Of a stretch of 64,000 nt of DNA, positions 34,034-44,864 are shown in pieces. Source of the stretch: an uncultured Gemmatimonadales bacterium. GTDB lineage: Bacteria > Gemmatimonadota > Gemmatimonadetes > Gemmatimonadales > GWC2-71-9. Below the pieces are notes generated by a model, which was given only the letters and a program-made list of their open reading frames with translations, ran no database searches and was not told the origin of the DNA. The position numbers were made by a program, and so were the translations under genes. The stretch is taken from assembly GCA_963798915.1 (NCBI GenBank), contig CAWCVB010000007.1:32001-96000 (forward strand). The letters are read 5' to 3'. Within the stretch, counting starts at the first letter, position 1. Each line of letters begins with the position of its first letter.

Positions 34034-34093
34034 GCCGTGCTCCGGGAGCAGGTGGTTACCGACCTGGACACGGCACTGCGTCACGGGCTGCCA

Positions 34094-34547
34094 TCAGAGC
34101 GGGCGGTAGTGATGTTCCGTGAATCGCTTCCAGCCCTTTTTCGACCTCGACTCGACGGCCCACCTGAAGCCGCCGTCTCCCGAGGGCCAGTAGATCATCC
34201 GGGCCAGGCCCGCCGGCATCCGTGCCTCGAACCCGATGGCGGACGGATGGACATCGCTGACATCCGCCATTGCACCGGTGGAGCGCTTGCCGTCCGAGGT
34301 GAACGACCAGAAGCTGAGCACGCCCGACTCGCCGACCCCGAATATGGCGTGTTCCAGGTATTCCCTGCCCGGAATGCCCCATGCTGCATCCAGGACCACG
34401 ACCGCGCCGCCGAGCGCGCGGGCGAACGTCCGGGTACAGCGCACCTGGCCCATTGGGGATTCCGTCGATGCGGACCAGGTACCGAGTAGCGGGTCAAGCA
34501 CGCCAAGCTTGCCTCGGCCACGCTTCCAAGCTCCGGATTGCGCACAC
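34094..34547 (-). CDS. Hypothetical beta-barrel (DUF1579-like) protein; start uncertain
   Basis: LDPLLGTW...FWSFTSDGKRS...WKRFTEHHY. Confidence 0.6.
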
Positions 34548-34644
34548 ATCTCGACTCCGTTTCTGGCACCTGCCGTCCGGGTGACAAATGGAGCTGAGAT
34601 TGTACAGCGTGGCACGACCGGGAGCCAGCGGCCAGCGGCGGCCT

Positions 34645-34674
34645 CTTGACAAGAAAACTTGTCAAGCGTAATAT
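34645..34674 (+). promoter_or_regulatory. Sigma70 promoter with overlapping palindromic operator
   Basis: TTGACA-N17-TAATAT; palindrome CTTGACAAG-AAAA-CTTGTCAAG; GTG start 7 nt after the -10 (leaderless). Confidence 0.85.
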
Positions 34675-34680
34675 CGCTTC

Positions 34681-35283
34681 GTGCTCGACATCCAAGTCAT
34701 TGATGATCCGGCGGCCGCGACGGTAGCCCTGGAGCCGACCCGCAGCCGGCTCCTCTCCGAGCTGGCCGCGCCCGCCTCGGCCGCAACGTTGGCCACGCGG
34801 GTCGGCCTGGCTCGGCAGAAGGTCAACTACCACCTGCACGCACTGGAGGCGCATGGCCTGGTGCGGCTGGCCGAGGAGCGGAAATGGGGCGGGCTGACGG
34901 AGCGGCTGCTCGTCGCGACGGCCGCTTCCTATGTCGTCAGTCCAAGCGCCCTGGGCCCGGTTGCCGTCGACCCGGATCGGGAAGTCGATCGGCTGTCCGC
35001 GAGCTATCTCATCGCCCTGGGCGCCCGGATCGTCCGCGAGGTGGGCGACCTCGTTCGTCGTGCGACCGCGACCGGCAAGCGCCTGGCCACCCTGGCGGTG
35101 GATACCGAGGTTCGCTTCCGGTCGCCCTCGGACCGGGCGGCGTTCACCCATGAACTGGCCGAGGCAGTCGCAAAGCTCGTTTCCAAATATCACGATGCAT
35201 CCACTCCCGGCGGCCGCGCGCATCGGCTGGTCGTTGTGGCACACCCTCTACCCCAGAAATCCGAGTCCAAGGAGCCAGCATGA
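34681..35283 (+). CDS. ArsR-type wHTH regulator
   Basis: SAATLATRVGLARQKVNYHLHALE. Confidence 0.88.
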   Translation: MLDIQVIDDPAAATVALEPTRSRLLSELAAPASAATLATRVGLARQKVNYHLHALEAHGLVRLAEERKWGGLTERLLVATAASYVVSPSALGPVAVDPDREVDRLSASYLIALGARIVREVGDLVRRATATGKRLATLAVDTEVRFRSPSDRAAFTHELAEAVAKLVSKYHDASTPGGRAHRLVVVAHPLPQKSESKEPA

Positions 35284-36104
35284 GCGTGAAGCAAGAAGCC
35301 AACGGTCGCCGGTCCGTCCAGGTCGAATTCGAGGTCCCCGGCACGCCGGAGGAAGTCTGGCAGGCCATCGCGACCGGGCCGGGTATTTCGGCCTGGTTCG
35401 TGCCGGCTGAGTTCGAGGAGCGCGACGGGAAACCCGTCGCCATGACCTTGAAGTTCGGCCCGGGCATGGAGCCCAGTGCTGCCGTGACCGCGTGGGATCC
35501 GCCGCGGATGTTTGCCGCCCAGAATGAGGGTTGGGGTGGCTCGCCGCCCATCGCAACCGAGTGGAGCGTGGAAGCGCGTGCGGGTGGTGTGTGCCTCATC
35601 CGCATTGTTCACAGCCTGTTCGCCAGCACCGACGAGTGGGACAACCAGCTGGAAGGCGCCAAGTCCGGATGGTCAGGTTTCCTGGCGATTCTGCGGATCT
35701 ATCTGGCGCACTTCCGCGGCCAACGCTCCGCCCTCATGCAGGTCACCGCTCCCGTCGCGGGTACGGACGCGGAAACCTGGGACACGCTGACTTCAGCATT
35801 GGGATTGAAAGGCCTGGGCGTCGGGCAGCGCTGGACCACGCCCGCAGGTGTCTCACCGCTGGGCGGCGTGGTGGAGTATCTCACCGAGGATCCGTACGAC
35901 GCCTTGCTGAGGCTCGATACGCCGGGGCCTGGCATCGCGGCCCTTGGCGCCGTCACCTATCCCGGTGGCCAGGGCATGGTGGCGATGAACTTGTACGCGT
36001 ATGGCGATCAGGCCGACGCAACGGTCGCCCGTGAGACACCGATATGGCAAGCGTGGTTTGAGGAACGCTTCCCGATGCCAACCGAGCTGAGCAAGAGCGA
36101 ATGA
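35280..36104 (+). CDS. SRPBCC/AHSA1 domain protein
   Basis: PEEVWQAIATGPGISAWF; coupled to the regulator. Confidence 0.88.
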   Translation: MSVKQEANGRRSVQVEFEVPGTPEEVWQAIATGPGISAWFVPAEFEERDGKPVAMTLKFGPGMEPSAAVTAWDPPRMFAAQNEGWGGSPPIATEWSVEARAGGVCLIRIVHSLFASTDEWDNQLEGAKSGWSGFLAILRIYLAHFRGQRSALMQVTAPVAGTDAETWDTLTSALGLKGLGVGQRWTTPAGVSPLGGVVEYLTEDPYDALLRLDTPGPGIAALGAVTYPGGQGMVAMNLYAYGDQADATVARETPIWQAWFEERFPMPTELSKSE

Positions 36105-36165
36105 GAACGCTCGCGATCATCTGGCATTCGATGGTTTCGAGGTCAGTTGCATGACGTCTGCCCCG

Positions 36166-36618
36166 TCAACCACTTGTCTGCTGGCCGAGCTCCTGGGCGA
36201 GTCCGACGAGAATCCCTTCGGGGCCTCGGATGTAGCAGAGCCGATATGCGTGTTCGTATTTCACCACGTCGCCGACGAGCTTCGCGCCGAGCTTGCCGAG
36301 CCGGGCGAGTGTATCGTCGATGTCCTCCACGGTGAACATCACACGCAGGTAGCCGAGCGCGTTCACCGGGGCCGTGCGGTGATCGGCGACCACTGGGGGT
36401 GCCAGGAACCGCGACAGCTCCAGCCGGCCGTGGCCATCGGGCGTCCGCATCATGGCGATCTCGACCCGCTGGCCGCTGAGGCCCGTGACGCCGTCTGCCC
36501 AGGCTCCCTCTATGGGCGCGCGCCCCTCGAGGTCGAGCCCCAGCTCCGTGAAGAATGCAATGGCGGCATCGAGATCTTCGACCACGATACCGACGTTGTC
36601 CATCCGCTTGACCGTCAT
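36166..36618 (-). CDS. VOC/glyoxalase family protein
   Basis: MDNVGIVVEDL, YRLCYIRGPEG. Confidence 0.9.
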   Translation of the reverse strand: MTVKRMDNVGIVVEDLDAAIAFFTELGLDLEGRAPIEGAWADGVTGLSGQRVEIAMMRTPDGHGRLELSRFLAPPVVADHRTAPVNALGYLRVMFTVEDIDDTLARLGKLGAKLVGDVVKYEHAYRLCYIRGPEGILVGLAQELGQQTSG

Positions 36619-36793
36619 GGTTTCTCCCGGGCGTCTGAACGCTCAGCGTAAGAGGCAGGGCCGCGGCGCGCGACCGACTGCGCCATGCGTCTGTCGATCC
36701 ATCCTGGCCGGCCCCTCAATCCGGCCAAAGCGCAGGAACTCGGACGTCACCCCTCACCGAAGAGGATCCTGACGCCCTGCCCCGCCCACTGCC

Positions 36794-37117
36794 TCAAGGC
36801 CTGACCAGGACTTCGCGCCAGAACCCGAACTCGGCCGCGCCGTCAAGAAAGGACTCGGCGGTCGCGAGGAACGCCTGCATGTGGGGCGTCTGCATGTGGG
36901 GCCCGGTAAACGCCTCCAGGCTCTCCCAGTTTTCGATGATCATGAGCCGCAGTGGGTTGTTCGGGTCGTCGTGCACCCGGATGCCGTGACAGGCCGGTTC
37001 CCGGGCCATCACCGTCTCGATGTTTGCCTCCAGCTCGCGCCGCGCCGTCTCCAGCATGTCGGGCCTGATGGCACAGGTGATCACAACGGTGACCGGTTCC
37101 GCCGGTTGGCTCATCAC
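36794..37117 (-). CDS. ABM-family putative monooxygenase
   Basis: REPAC, IENWESLEAF, HMQTPHMQAF. Confidence 0.8.
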   Translation of the reverse strand: MMSQPAEPVTVVITCAIRPDMLETARRELEANIETVMAREPACHGIRVHDDPNNPLRLMIIENWESLEAFTGPHMQTPHMQAFLATAESFLDGAAEFGFWREVLVRP

Positions 37118-37170
37118 TTCTCCAGGTCCTGCGGGTTCAGGTGCCGTGTGCGCTTTCTTCCGGCGCCGCG

Positions 37171-37617
37171 CTAGGGCGTGAGGTCGAGCGCTGCCTGCCC
37201 GCTCTGTACGTCCACGGGAACAGAAACCTGCTCATGGACAATGAGCCAGCGGCCATTCATCCGGCGGTAGCAGGCGGTCCAGCGGATCCAGCGGCTGCTC
37301 TTCCCGCCATTCGGGTTGGTCCAGCCGGTCCGGTTGAGGCTGTAGCTGAAGGCCACGGCTTCGCCGGTCGTGATGTGCAGGTCGTGGACCTCGTACTCGA
37401 TTGCTCCCGGGACCGCCTCGAAAAGCTCCAGCCAGCGTTTCCTGAACTTCGCGCCGCCGCCGTGCCGCAGCGGCGGGCCCAGGTCGAAGGAGACGACATC
37501 GGGTGCAAACACCGACATCACGCGGTCGGCGTCCTTGTCCCGGATGCCCTGGGCAAGGGTAGCGACCAGATCGCGAATGGAGGCCTCGGCCGACGCCGGA
37601 ATTTCGGGAGAGTTCAT
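37171..37617 (-). CDS. SnoaL-like NTF2 protein
   Basis: DVVSFD, RWTACYR, WLIVHEQVSVP. Confidence 0.87.
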   Translation of the reverse strand: MNSPEIPASAEASIRDLVATLAQGIRDKDADRVMSVFAPDVVSFDLGPPLRHGGGAKFRKRWLELFEAVPGAIEYEVHDLHITTGEAVAFSYSLNRTGWTNPNGGKSSRWIRWTACYRRMNGRWLIVHEQVSVPVDVQSGQAALDLTP

Positions 37618-37720
37618 GAGGACTCAAACTCCAGGAACTGTCATTCTGAGGCTGCGCGCGCGACGGAAGGGGCCGAAGCTGAAGGCGTGGTTTCGCGCTC
37701 CTTTACAGCGCTCGGTTCGG

Positions 37721-38368
37721 TCAGCGACGCCTCGTCAGCACGACATGGGTTGCGGCGGCAGTCGGCACATGGGTGGTGCACTCGTAGCCCAGGGCCGTGA
37801 GATCGAGACCGTACAGGAGATGCTCGCCGGACCCCAGCACCCTGGGCGCGATCGCCACATGCAGCTCGTCGATGAGCCTGGCTTCGAGGCACTGGCGGAT
37901 CGTCGACACGCCGCCGCCGATCTCCACATCCTTTCCCTCCGCCGCCGCCGTTGCTCGTTCCAGCGCCTCGCGGACACCGCCCGTGACAAAGTGGAATACC
38001 GTGCCGCCTTCCATCGGGACCGGCGGGCGCCCGTGATGCGTCAACACAAATACCGGGCCGTGATAGGGCGGGTTCTTGCCCCACCAGCCGCGCCAGGCAT
38101 CATCGGGCCAGGGACCACGAATCGGGCCGAACATGTTGCGTCCCATGATCCACGCGCCGATGCCTTCGCCAAAACGCCCAGCGAACTCGTCATCGACGCC
38201 GGTGGTGCCGCCGGTCTTCCCACCCATGCGCTGGAACGTGCGGGTCGGGAAGAACCACTCGTGTAACGCCTCCCCGCCGACGCCGAGGGGCTCCTCGCGA
38301 GTCTGGCGCGGGCCGGCCCCATAGCCGTCGATCGAGATCGTGAAATTGTGGACGCGCACACGAGCCAT
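37721..38368 (-). CDS. Dihydrofolate reductase/RibD C-terminal family protein
   Basis: ISIDGY, IMGRNMF, IGGG, IDELH. Confidence 0.9.
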   Translation of the reverse strand: MARVRVHNFTISIDGYGAGPRQTREEPLGVGGEALHEWFFPTRTFQRMGGKTGGTTGVDDEFAGRFGEGIGAWIMGRNMFGPIRGPWPDDAWRGWWGKNPPYHGPVFVLTHHGRPPVPMEGGTVFHFVTGGVREALERATAAAEGKDVEIGGGVSTIRQCLEARLIDELHVAIAPRVLGSGEHLLYGLDLTALGYECTTHVPTAAATHVVLTRRR

Positions 38369-38411
38369 TGTCTGCTCCCGGGCAAGGGTGGCATTCCGAG
38401 ACGCGCGGCAC

Positions 38412-39314
38412 TCAGCCGCGACAGATGCCGGGCCTCAGGCGAAAGAAACGCGCAGCGTTGTTGCAGAGGATATCGTCCTTCTGCGCATCGGTCAGAAAGT
38501 CAGCTTGAAGAATGACGTCGATGCCAAGTCCCTGCAGGTTCGCGAAGTCGGAGCCGAACATGATACGCTGAGCGAAGCCCGATTGCACCAGGCTCCGGAG
38601 ATAACTCAAATAGGCATCGCGCGCCACGATGTTCTCGAACTGAAGGGCTCCAAGGTCGACGTACACGTTCGGGTGGGCGTACATGAGCGCAAGCATGGAC
38701 TCGAGCCGCGGCCAGCCTGCGTGCATGATATAGACGCGAAGCTTCCGGTGCCGAAGCAGCACTTCCTCCAGGAGAAGCGGGTCGCCTGCCGCCATGCGGA
38801 AGTTCGGCGATTTGTGCGGAAACGGGCTGATCTCATAACCAATGGCACGCGGACCCGGCCCCATATGCAGCGCCACCGGCACGTCGAACTCTTCGGCGAG
38901 TCGCCAATAGGGCTCAAGGCGCGGATCGTTGGGTGACATGCCCATGAATTGGGGCATGAGTTCGCCGAACAGCCGGATGCGATGAGCCTGAAGCTCGCCC
39001 CGCAACCACATCGTGTCGGGAAACTCGGCCCCGTTACTGAAGCACCGGGCACCTGATATCGGCGCCTCTCCTGCCTCACACGGAAACATCAGTCCAAAGT
39101 AGAAACGGCTGGTGTCGGCCTTGCTCCACTCGGCCAGGTCGGCCTCAAGTCCGGAGATGATCGCGAACCGTACATTGAGTGAATCGTGGGCGAGCGCCAC
39201 AGCCTGCGGCGGCGCTCCGGCATGGACGTGCGTGTCGATCACGGCCCGCCGCTGAGCGTAGGCGGCAGTGGACGAGGTGACGATCAGCAGGGCAGCGGCG
39301 ACTGGAATGCGCAT
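38412..39314 (-). CDS. Secreted amidohydrolase_2 protein
   Basis: IDTHVH, PVALHMG, MHAGWP, FGSD. Confidence 0.86.
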   Translation of the reverse strand: MRIPVAAALLIVTSSTAAYAQRRAVIDTHVHAGAPPQAVALAHDSLNVRFAIISGLEADLAEWSKADTSRFYFGLMFPCEAGEAPISGARCFSNGAEFPDTMWLRGELQAHRIRLFGELMPQFMGMSPNDPRLEPYWRLAEEFDVPVALHMGPGPRAIGYEISPFPHKSPNFRMAAGDPLLLEEVLLRHRKLRVYIMHAGWPRLESMLALMYAHPNVYVDLGALQFENIVARDAYLSYLRSLVQSGFAQRIMFGSDFANLQGLGIDVILQADFLTDAQKDDILCNNAARFFRLRPGICRG

Positions 39315-39583
39315 GGTAGTGAAGACTCCGTGGTTACGAGCGGCATCACGACAAGCGCTTCGGCGGCGGGCGGCGGCCCGCCCACCACTCAATCTTGATC
39401 CTCGACCTGACAGGCGCTAGCCAGGAAAGGTGCCCGGGCCGGCGGCCTGCCTGTCGAGCCAGCGTAGCAGCCTGGCGCGTCGATCCCGGATGATCGTTGC
39501 CGCCAGAAGGCGTCTCGCACTTGGCGCCTATCCGCCACGGGAGGTTGCAACGTATCGATACTGCGGCCCTCTCGTGATGGCGG

Positions 39584-40162
39584 CTATCCAGACAATCCGG
39601 ACTGCAGTTTCGCGAAGTACCACAACCAGCCCAGGAGCTGGATGGCCACTGCGACGGCCTGAATCCACGACTTCCTGATGAAGATCGCCGCAATGCCGGT
39701 GGCGATGGCCATGGGGACAATGACATAGTTCTGGGCCGGCCATTGCATTGCGCTGGCACCTTGACCGAGCCCGGCGTTTGTGATGATGGTGACCAGAGAG
39801 AGGACGGTGTAGGCGAGAAGGTACTTGCGCCCTTCGTCGGCATGAAAGGCCTGCAGGTCGATCTCGCCCTGTTCGGGGATGCGCGGCGACACCAGGCGTG
39901 CATTCAGGTAGATGCCCGCGGCGACGACGAAGTAGAATGCAACCGAACCGACGCTCCAAGTGGTCACTGCATGCAAATCCCACAGGCCGATCCACCAGGC
40001 GCACGTGAACATCAACGCGGCGCACATCCAGCCTGCATTGAACCATGAGAGTCGTACCCGCTTCGAAGCGATAATGATCTCGCCCGCGGTCGACAGGAGG
40101 TGGGTGACGGCTGCGGCATACACGAACGACAACAGCACAAGGATGAAATCGTACGCGTGCAT
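39584..40162 (-). CDS. Multi-TM hypothetical protein
   Basis: About 6 hydrophobic segments, RBS GGAGG. Confidence 0.72.
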   Translation of the reverse strand: MHAYDFILVLLSFVYAAAVTHLLSTAGEIIIASKRVRLSWFNAGWMCAALMFTCAWWIGLWDLHAVTTWSVGSVAFYFVVAAGIYLNARLVSPRIPEQGEIDLQAFHADEGRKYLLAYTVLSLVTIITNAGLGQGASAMQWPAQNYVIVPMAIATGIAAIFIRKSWIQAVAVAIQLLGWLWYFAKLQSGLSG

Positions 40163-40356
40163 TCGTGACAACCTCCGGCAATGCGGGCCGCCTGACGCCA
40201 CCCAGAAAGAGCATCGATGCTCCCTGACGACCGGCGCTTCAGCGGCGGGCCGGCAACCCGCACATTGGTCAATCTGACGCGTGCGGTTCAACGGCGGCGT
40301 GCGCCGCCGTCCGCTACAGGCTGTGGTGCGGCCGCATGGATCGCCACACGATGGGG

Positions 40357-40817
40357 CTAGCGCACCCGGATGTACCTGAGCTGTAGATCCGGCTCCCATC
40401 CGGTCCCACGATTCATCTCACCACGCGCGTCCATTCGGTGCCGCCGTCGTGCAGCGTCGCGGTGTATCGTTGTGCGAAGGCCGGAGAATCTCGCCACCAG
40501 CGCCATTCATCGTTGCGCAACGCCACCACGTATCGGCGCGAGACTCCGCGCTCGTCGAAATAGAGCATGGAACACTCATTGGTGTCATCGTCCGTGCCGA
40601 GGACCGCGATGCCGCTTGGAATCTGCGGTTCGTCGATCTCGGAGCGCCAGATCAGGAAGGCGCCGCCATCAGCCCACGCGAAACTCGCGCGTCCATGCAG
40701 CGCCACCCCTGGAAGGAGTGGGTGCGAGCCTTCCGTCCGCCATTCGCCGAGAAGGAAGCTTAGCGGCTCCAGCGTTGGATTCGGAATGGCGGCTTCGTGT
40801 GCAATAGGTGTGGCCAT
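40357..40817 (-). pseudogene. DUF1579-like protein, frameshifted near the 3' end
   Basis: LSFLLGEW...YFDERGVSR; tail GEMNRGTGWEPDLQLRY is in another frame. Confidence 0.62.
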
Positions 40818-40990
40818 ATCGATCTCGCGGACCGGTTGAATGACGACGATGCCGAGATACGTAATGTGGGCGGCCTGACGGACTGGTACCTCGACGGCGG
40901 GCCGCCGATCCGCACTCCAGTCAATATTCTTCCCGGCAGCTGCACCCGCGATTCGTTTGGATCGTCGAGCGCGTCGGTCCCAAAGCGATG

Positions 40991-41797
40991 TCAGGGCGCC
41001 GTCCCGGCGAGCCCAAGCAGGACGTCAACCAGTTCCCGAGGTCGTGTCACCATCGCATCATGGCCGGCCCCCTGGATCTTGCGCACCGGCCATCCGAGCG
41101 AGGCCGCCCGCTCAGACGCTCGGACGAAACCTGGAATCGATGATACCGAAACGAAACTGCAGGGTACGGAATCCAGGGTGCCACCCAACACTGATGAGGG
41201 GTCAGTGAATGTTCGAACCGGCTGGTCGCAGATCCTTGGCTGCATCCACGCAACATCTGCCGGGTCTCGGATTCCCAACGCGGCGAGGGAGTAGACGGCA
41301 GACATCGGAACACGCCAGCCCGCTCCCAGCTGGTTGGCGATGTCATCGAAATTCACCTTCGGATTGTTGTCCTGGACGGAACGTCCAGGCTGTGGAATCA
41401 GGCCATCGACGAATATGATCTGGCGGAGACGGGCCTGCTGTCGTTTCGCCGCCCCTCCGGCCACCATGCCGGCATAACTATGGACGACCAGCACGACATC
41501 CCGCAGGTCCTCCGTCTCGAGCACTGCAACGAGATCTTCCACGTGAGTGGTCAGTCCAATTTCCGGCCGAGCCAGATGGCGTCGCTCGCCGAGTCCGGAA
41601 AGCGTCGGTACCCACACGTCATGGCCCCGTTCGCGAAGCAGGGGCACCACTTTCCGCCAGCACCATCCTCCGTGCCACGCGCCATGCAGCAGCACGATTC
41701 GCATCCGAGCAGGGCGCTGCGCGCTGGCCAACGTGGGCAGGGTCAGGAGACCGGCGGCGGCCGCCAGAAGACTGCGTCGCGAAATGGTCTGGTCCAT
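40991..41797 (-). CDS. Tat-exported alpha/beta hydrolase (esterase-like)
   Basis: SRRSLL Tat motif, HGAWHGGWCW, HSYAG, GHDAM. Confidence 0.86.
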   Translation of the reverse strand: MDQTISRRSLLAAAAGLLTLPTLASAQRPARMRIVLLHGAWHGGWCWRKVVPLLRERGHDVWVPTLSGLGERRHLARPEIGLTTHVEDLVAVLETEDLRDVVLVVHSYAGMVAGGAAKRQQARLRQIIFVDGLIPQPGRSVQDNNPKVNFDDIANQLGAGWRVPMSAVYSLAALGIRDPADVAWMQPRICDQPVRTFTDPSSVLGGTLDSVPCSFVSVSSIPGFVRASERAASLGWPVRKIQGAGHDAMVTRPRELVDVLLGLAGTAP

Positions 41798-41996
41798 TCG
41801 AAGCTCTCGAAGGTTGGCCTGACGAACTGCCTTTCGACGGCGGGCTGGCAGCCCACACACCTGGTCAATCTTCAGTCTCGGCCCGACGGACGCCAGTACT
41901 GCACGGAGTTGCGGCCGATGGCCGGCCTCCACGACCGGCGCTTCAGCAAGCGCCTGTTGGGCGGTGGGTCGCAATCAGTACACGCGAGAGGAACGC

Positions 41997-42407
41997 TCAG
42001 GCCAGCCCAAGCTGCTGCAGCAGACCTGATTGGTCCCACTGTTCCCAACGCTCGGCCACCATCCCACCTTCAAGGTGATCGATGATCAGCCCATCCACCG
42101 TGACCGAACGACCGGTGGGCGGGACCGGCCCCAGAGGGCCGTGATGGGTACCCGTCGCGCGCCAGCGAATCGCCACACGAGGGCCATCGATCAGTTGGTC
42201 CTCGATGGTGAGGTGCAGGTCAGGGAACGCCGTCAGAAGGCCGGCCATGAACTCCTTCCACGCCGCGACGCCATGAATGGGTTGCGCGACGCCAGTGATG
42301 TGCACGGTACAATCGGTTGCAAAGACCCCATCCGCAGCGGAAACGTCCCCTCGATTCAGGCCCTCCACCCAGAGGCGTTCGTGCTCGACCACCTTTGACA
42401 CGGTCAT
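41997..42407 (-). CDS. Ester cyclase (SnoaL-like)
   Basis: AFPDL, RWRATGTH, PTGR, LLQQLG. Confidence 0.87.
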   Translation of the reverse strand: MTVSKVVEHERLWVEGLNRGDVSAADGVFATDCTVHITGVAQPIHGVAAWKEFMAGLLTAFPDLHLTIEDQLIDGPRVAIRWRATGTHHGPLGPVPPTGRSVTVDGLIIDHLEGGMVAERWEQWDQSGLLQQLGLA

Positions 42408-42474
42408 GTATGACCTCGCGTGGAATAAGAGGTGCTCTCTGGGTGCAAGCGACAGTGCTACCGACGCGAGGTTA

Positions 42475-42660
42475 TCACTTCGGCGCGAGTTCGGCGTACC
42501 AGTAGGCTGCCGTGAGGCCACCGTCCATGATGAAGTCGCTGCCGGTAAGGAAAGCGCCCTCCTGGCCCATCAGCAGCGCGCCAACCGTTCCAATCTCATC
42601 CGGCGTGCCGGCACGCCCGACCGCGGAGACTGCGATCATGCGCCGGTACCCTGCTTGCGG
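42475..42660 (-). pseudogene. C-terminal fragment of an SDR oxidoreductase
   Basis: GRAGTPDEIG...FLTGSDFIMDGG without N-terminal Rossmann fold. Confidence 0.7.
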
Positions 42661-43054
42661 CCTCACGTAGCCAAGCTCTATTGCGAGGCGCCGCGCCGGG
42701 GTTAAATGCACGAGTAGCGATCGCGCCGTTCCCATGGACGAGTTGACACCGATGGTTGCCGATGCGGGGACGTTCGATGAATGGCAGCGCGTTCGTGAGC
42801 CACTCGACCGCCTCGCGGACGTTGGGGTAGCAGAGGACGGGTACGACCGCGCTACTCGGTGCTGCTCAGTTCTTCTTCAGTATGGGCTCGGCCAACAATC
42901 CATGCCTCCCTGTTCGCCTTGTAGCTCTGAATCTGTGTACTGCGGTAGCGTCTGGATAGGGTGGTAACCCGATCCGCCTGGGGGCTTCGGGCCCGTTCGT
43001 TCGGCTGGGTGCGACCCGTCGCCGGACCACTTCTGCCACGGGACCGTAGCACAG

Positions 43055-43921
43055 CTACGGCTCTGCGTCGAGAAAATCGTTCACCATTGGAACGATGATG
43101 GGCATGCGCTGCATCAAGGTCACGTGAGTGGTGTTGGGCAAGATGGCCAATCGCGATGCGGAGCGCGGCTTCATGTCGCCGTGGATCTCGCCACCCTTCA
43201 GGCGAAACATCTCCGCGACGTGCGCGAGCCGCACGCCGTCAGCGTCGCCGTGGATGAAGAACATGGGCGTCGTGGTGGCCTTGAGCTTGTCGGCTCCGAA
43301 GTCGTACTCTTTCGAGGCCGTGGCGACGACTCGCCGGACGAAGGTCGGAAAGTTGTCCGGAGTCGGACTCAGCTTCTTGTACTCGGCCTCAATGGGCGAG
43401 CCTTTGAAAGCGTCCGCCGTGAGTTGGAGGATAGCTTCGCGCGCTTCCGGGATCATGCCGTCTCGGCGGAACGTGGACGAAATGATGACTGCCCTTCGCA
43501 CCTTCTCGGGATGGCGGATCGCACACTGCATCGCCACGGCGCCGCCCATGCTGTAGCCGATAAGGTCCGCGCGCGGGATCTTGAGATAGTCGAGCAGCGC
43601 GGCCACGTCGTCGGCGAGGTTTTCGTAGGTGATATCGCGTGGGATATCCGCCGTGCGGCCGTGGCCTTGCAGTTCAACGGCAATGACTTGCCGAGTCTTG
43701 GCGAGCTCGCTGATCCACCCGTCCCAGTTGTTGGTGATGGTCATGAAGGCGCCGTGAAGCAACACCACCGGGTCGCCGCCGCCGTGGATTTCGTAGTACA
43801 TGTTGAGTCCATTGACTGGCGCGTAGCCCGTCGTTGGCTTCTGCTGCGCCGCCGTGTCAGTGGCCACCAGCGTCATCAGGAGGAAAGTGGTTGTCCACAT
43901 GCTGGTGTAATTCCGTTTCAT
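43055..43921 (-). CDS. Secreted alpha/beta hydrolase
   Basis: LLHGA, GHGRT, GYSMGG, PNTTH. Confidence 0.9.
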   Translation of the reverse strand: MKRNYTSMWTTTFLLMTLVATDTAAQQKPTTGYAPVNGLNMYYEIHGGGDPVVLLHGAFMTITNNWDGWISELAKTRQVIAVELQGHGRTADIPRDITYENLADDVAALLDYLKIPRADLIGYSMGGAVAMQCAIRHPEKVRRAVIISSTFRRDGMIPEAREAILQLTADAFKGSPIEAEYKKLSPTPDNFPTFVRRVVATASKEYDFGADKLKATTTPMFFIHGDADGVRLAHVAEMFRLKGGEIHGDMKPRSASRLAILPNTTHVTLMQRMPIIVPMVNDFLDAEP

Positions 43922-44010
43922 CTGAACACTCCTTGCGAACTCACCCACTACGGGAATCGTTGGTCCCCCTCCCGGAGCCAGCGATGTACGCGCACACGGG
44001 ATTGGCTGCG

Positions 44011-44521
44011 TCATGGTGTCTCTGTGCTTGATCCCAGGCTGACGAGAAGCTCGTCGAGTTGGTCGAGCGTCTCGGGCAACGCGCCCATCGATCCAGATTC
44101 AAGCGCTTCCTTCGAGGGATAGAGATCGTGCACGACCAACAACGTCTTGCCGGCGTTTTCCTCGAAGGTCACCGTGGTGATGGTCTTGCCGTCGTCTCCT
44201 TCCTCATTGGTCCAAACCAGGCGTGAGGGCGGTGTCACTTCGAGGTAGGTGCCGAAGAACTCCATCGTCGAATCTTCGTGGCGAAACGCCAGACGATACT
44301 GCCCCCCAACGCGAACATCCATTTCGCAGGAAAGCAGGGTCAGCCCGTACGACTTTGGGACCCACCACCTCCTGAAGAGGTCCGCCTTGGTCCACGCCTC
44401 GAACACGAGGCGGGCAGGACCGTTTACGGTTCGCGTGACGACGAGTTCGCGTTCGGACTTCCGTTCCACCGTCGTAGGGTTCTTCGTGGGGGTGGCGTCA
44501 CTTTGCTCTTCTTTCGTCCAT
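44011..44521 (-). CDS. SRPBCC/AHSA1 protein, 5' end apparently frameshifted
   Basis: [20 protein letters not shown] 44521 with RBS is out of frame by one base. Confidence 0.7.
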
Positions 44522-44864
44522 CGACTCCCTCCTTCCGTGTGCATTCCTCGACCACGTTGTCCAACTCGTCGAAGCGTGCGCTCCAGAGCTGGCGGTACCT
44601 CTCGATCCATGCCGCCTCTTCTTCCAGTCCGCGGAGGCCGAGCCTGCAGGTCCGTACGCGCCCGACCTTCTCCGTGGTGACGAGCCCCGCTTGCTCCAGG
44701 ACCCCTACATGTTTCTTCATGCCCGTGAGGGTCATGTCGAACCTCTCGGCAAGGGCCGTAATCGAGGCGTCCGCATGCCCGAGTTGCTCCAGAACGCCAC
44801 GTCGGGTGGCGTCCGAGAGCGCGCCGAACGAGGCGTCGAAGTGATTTTGGCGATACTGAACCAT
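44424..44864 (-). CDS. ArsR/SmtB regulator
   Basis: ALSDATRRG, KHVGVLEQAGLV, GRVR. Confidence 0.85.
   Translation of the reverse strand: MVQYRQNHFDASFGALSDATRRGVLEQLGHADASITALAERFDMTLTGMKKHVGVLEQAGLVTTEKVGRVRTCRLGLRGLEEEAAWIERYRQLWSARFDELDNVVEECTRKEGVDGRKKSKVTPPPRRTLRRWNGSPNANSSSREP

Noticed and set aside
30941..34052. DGR template/variable repeat pair
   Set aside because: Differences are not adenine-specific and no reverse transcriptase is present.
37639..37730. TGTCATTCTGAG REP-like element
   Set aside because: Single partial copy with no matching inverted end.
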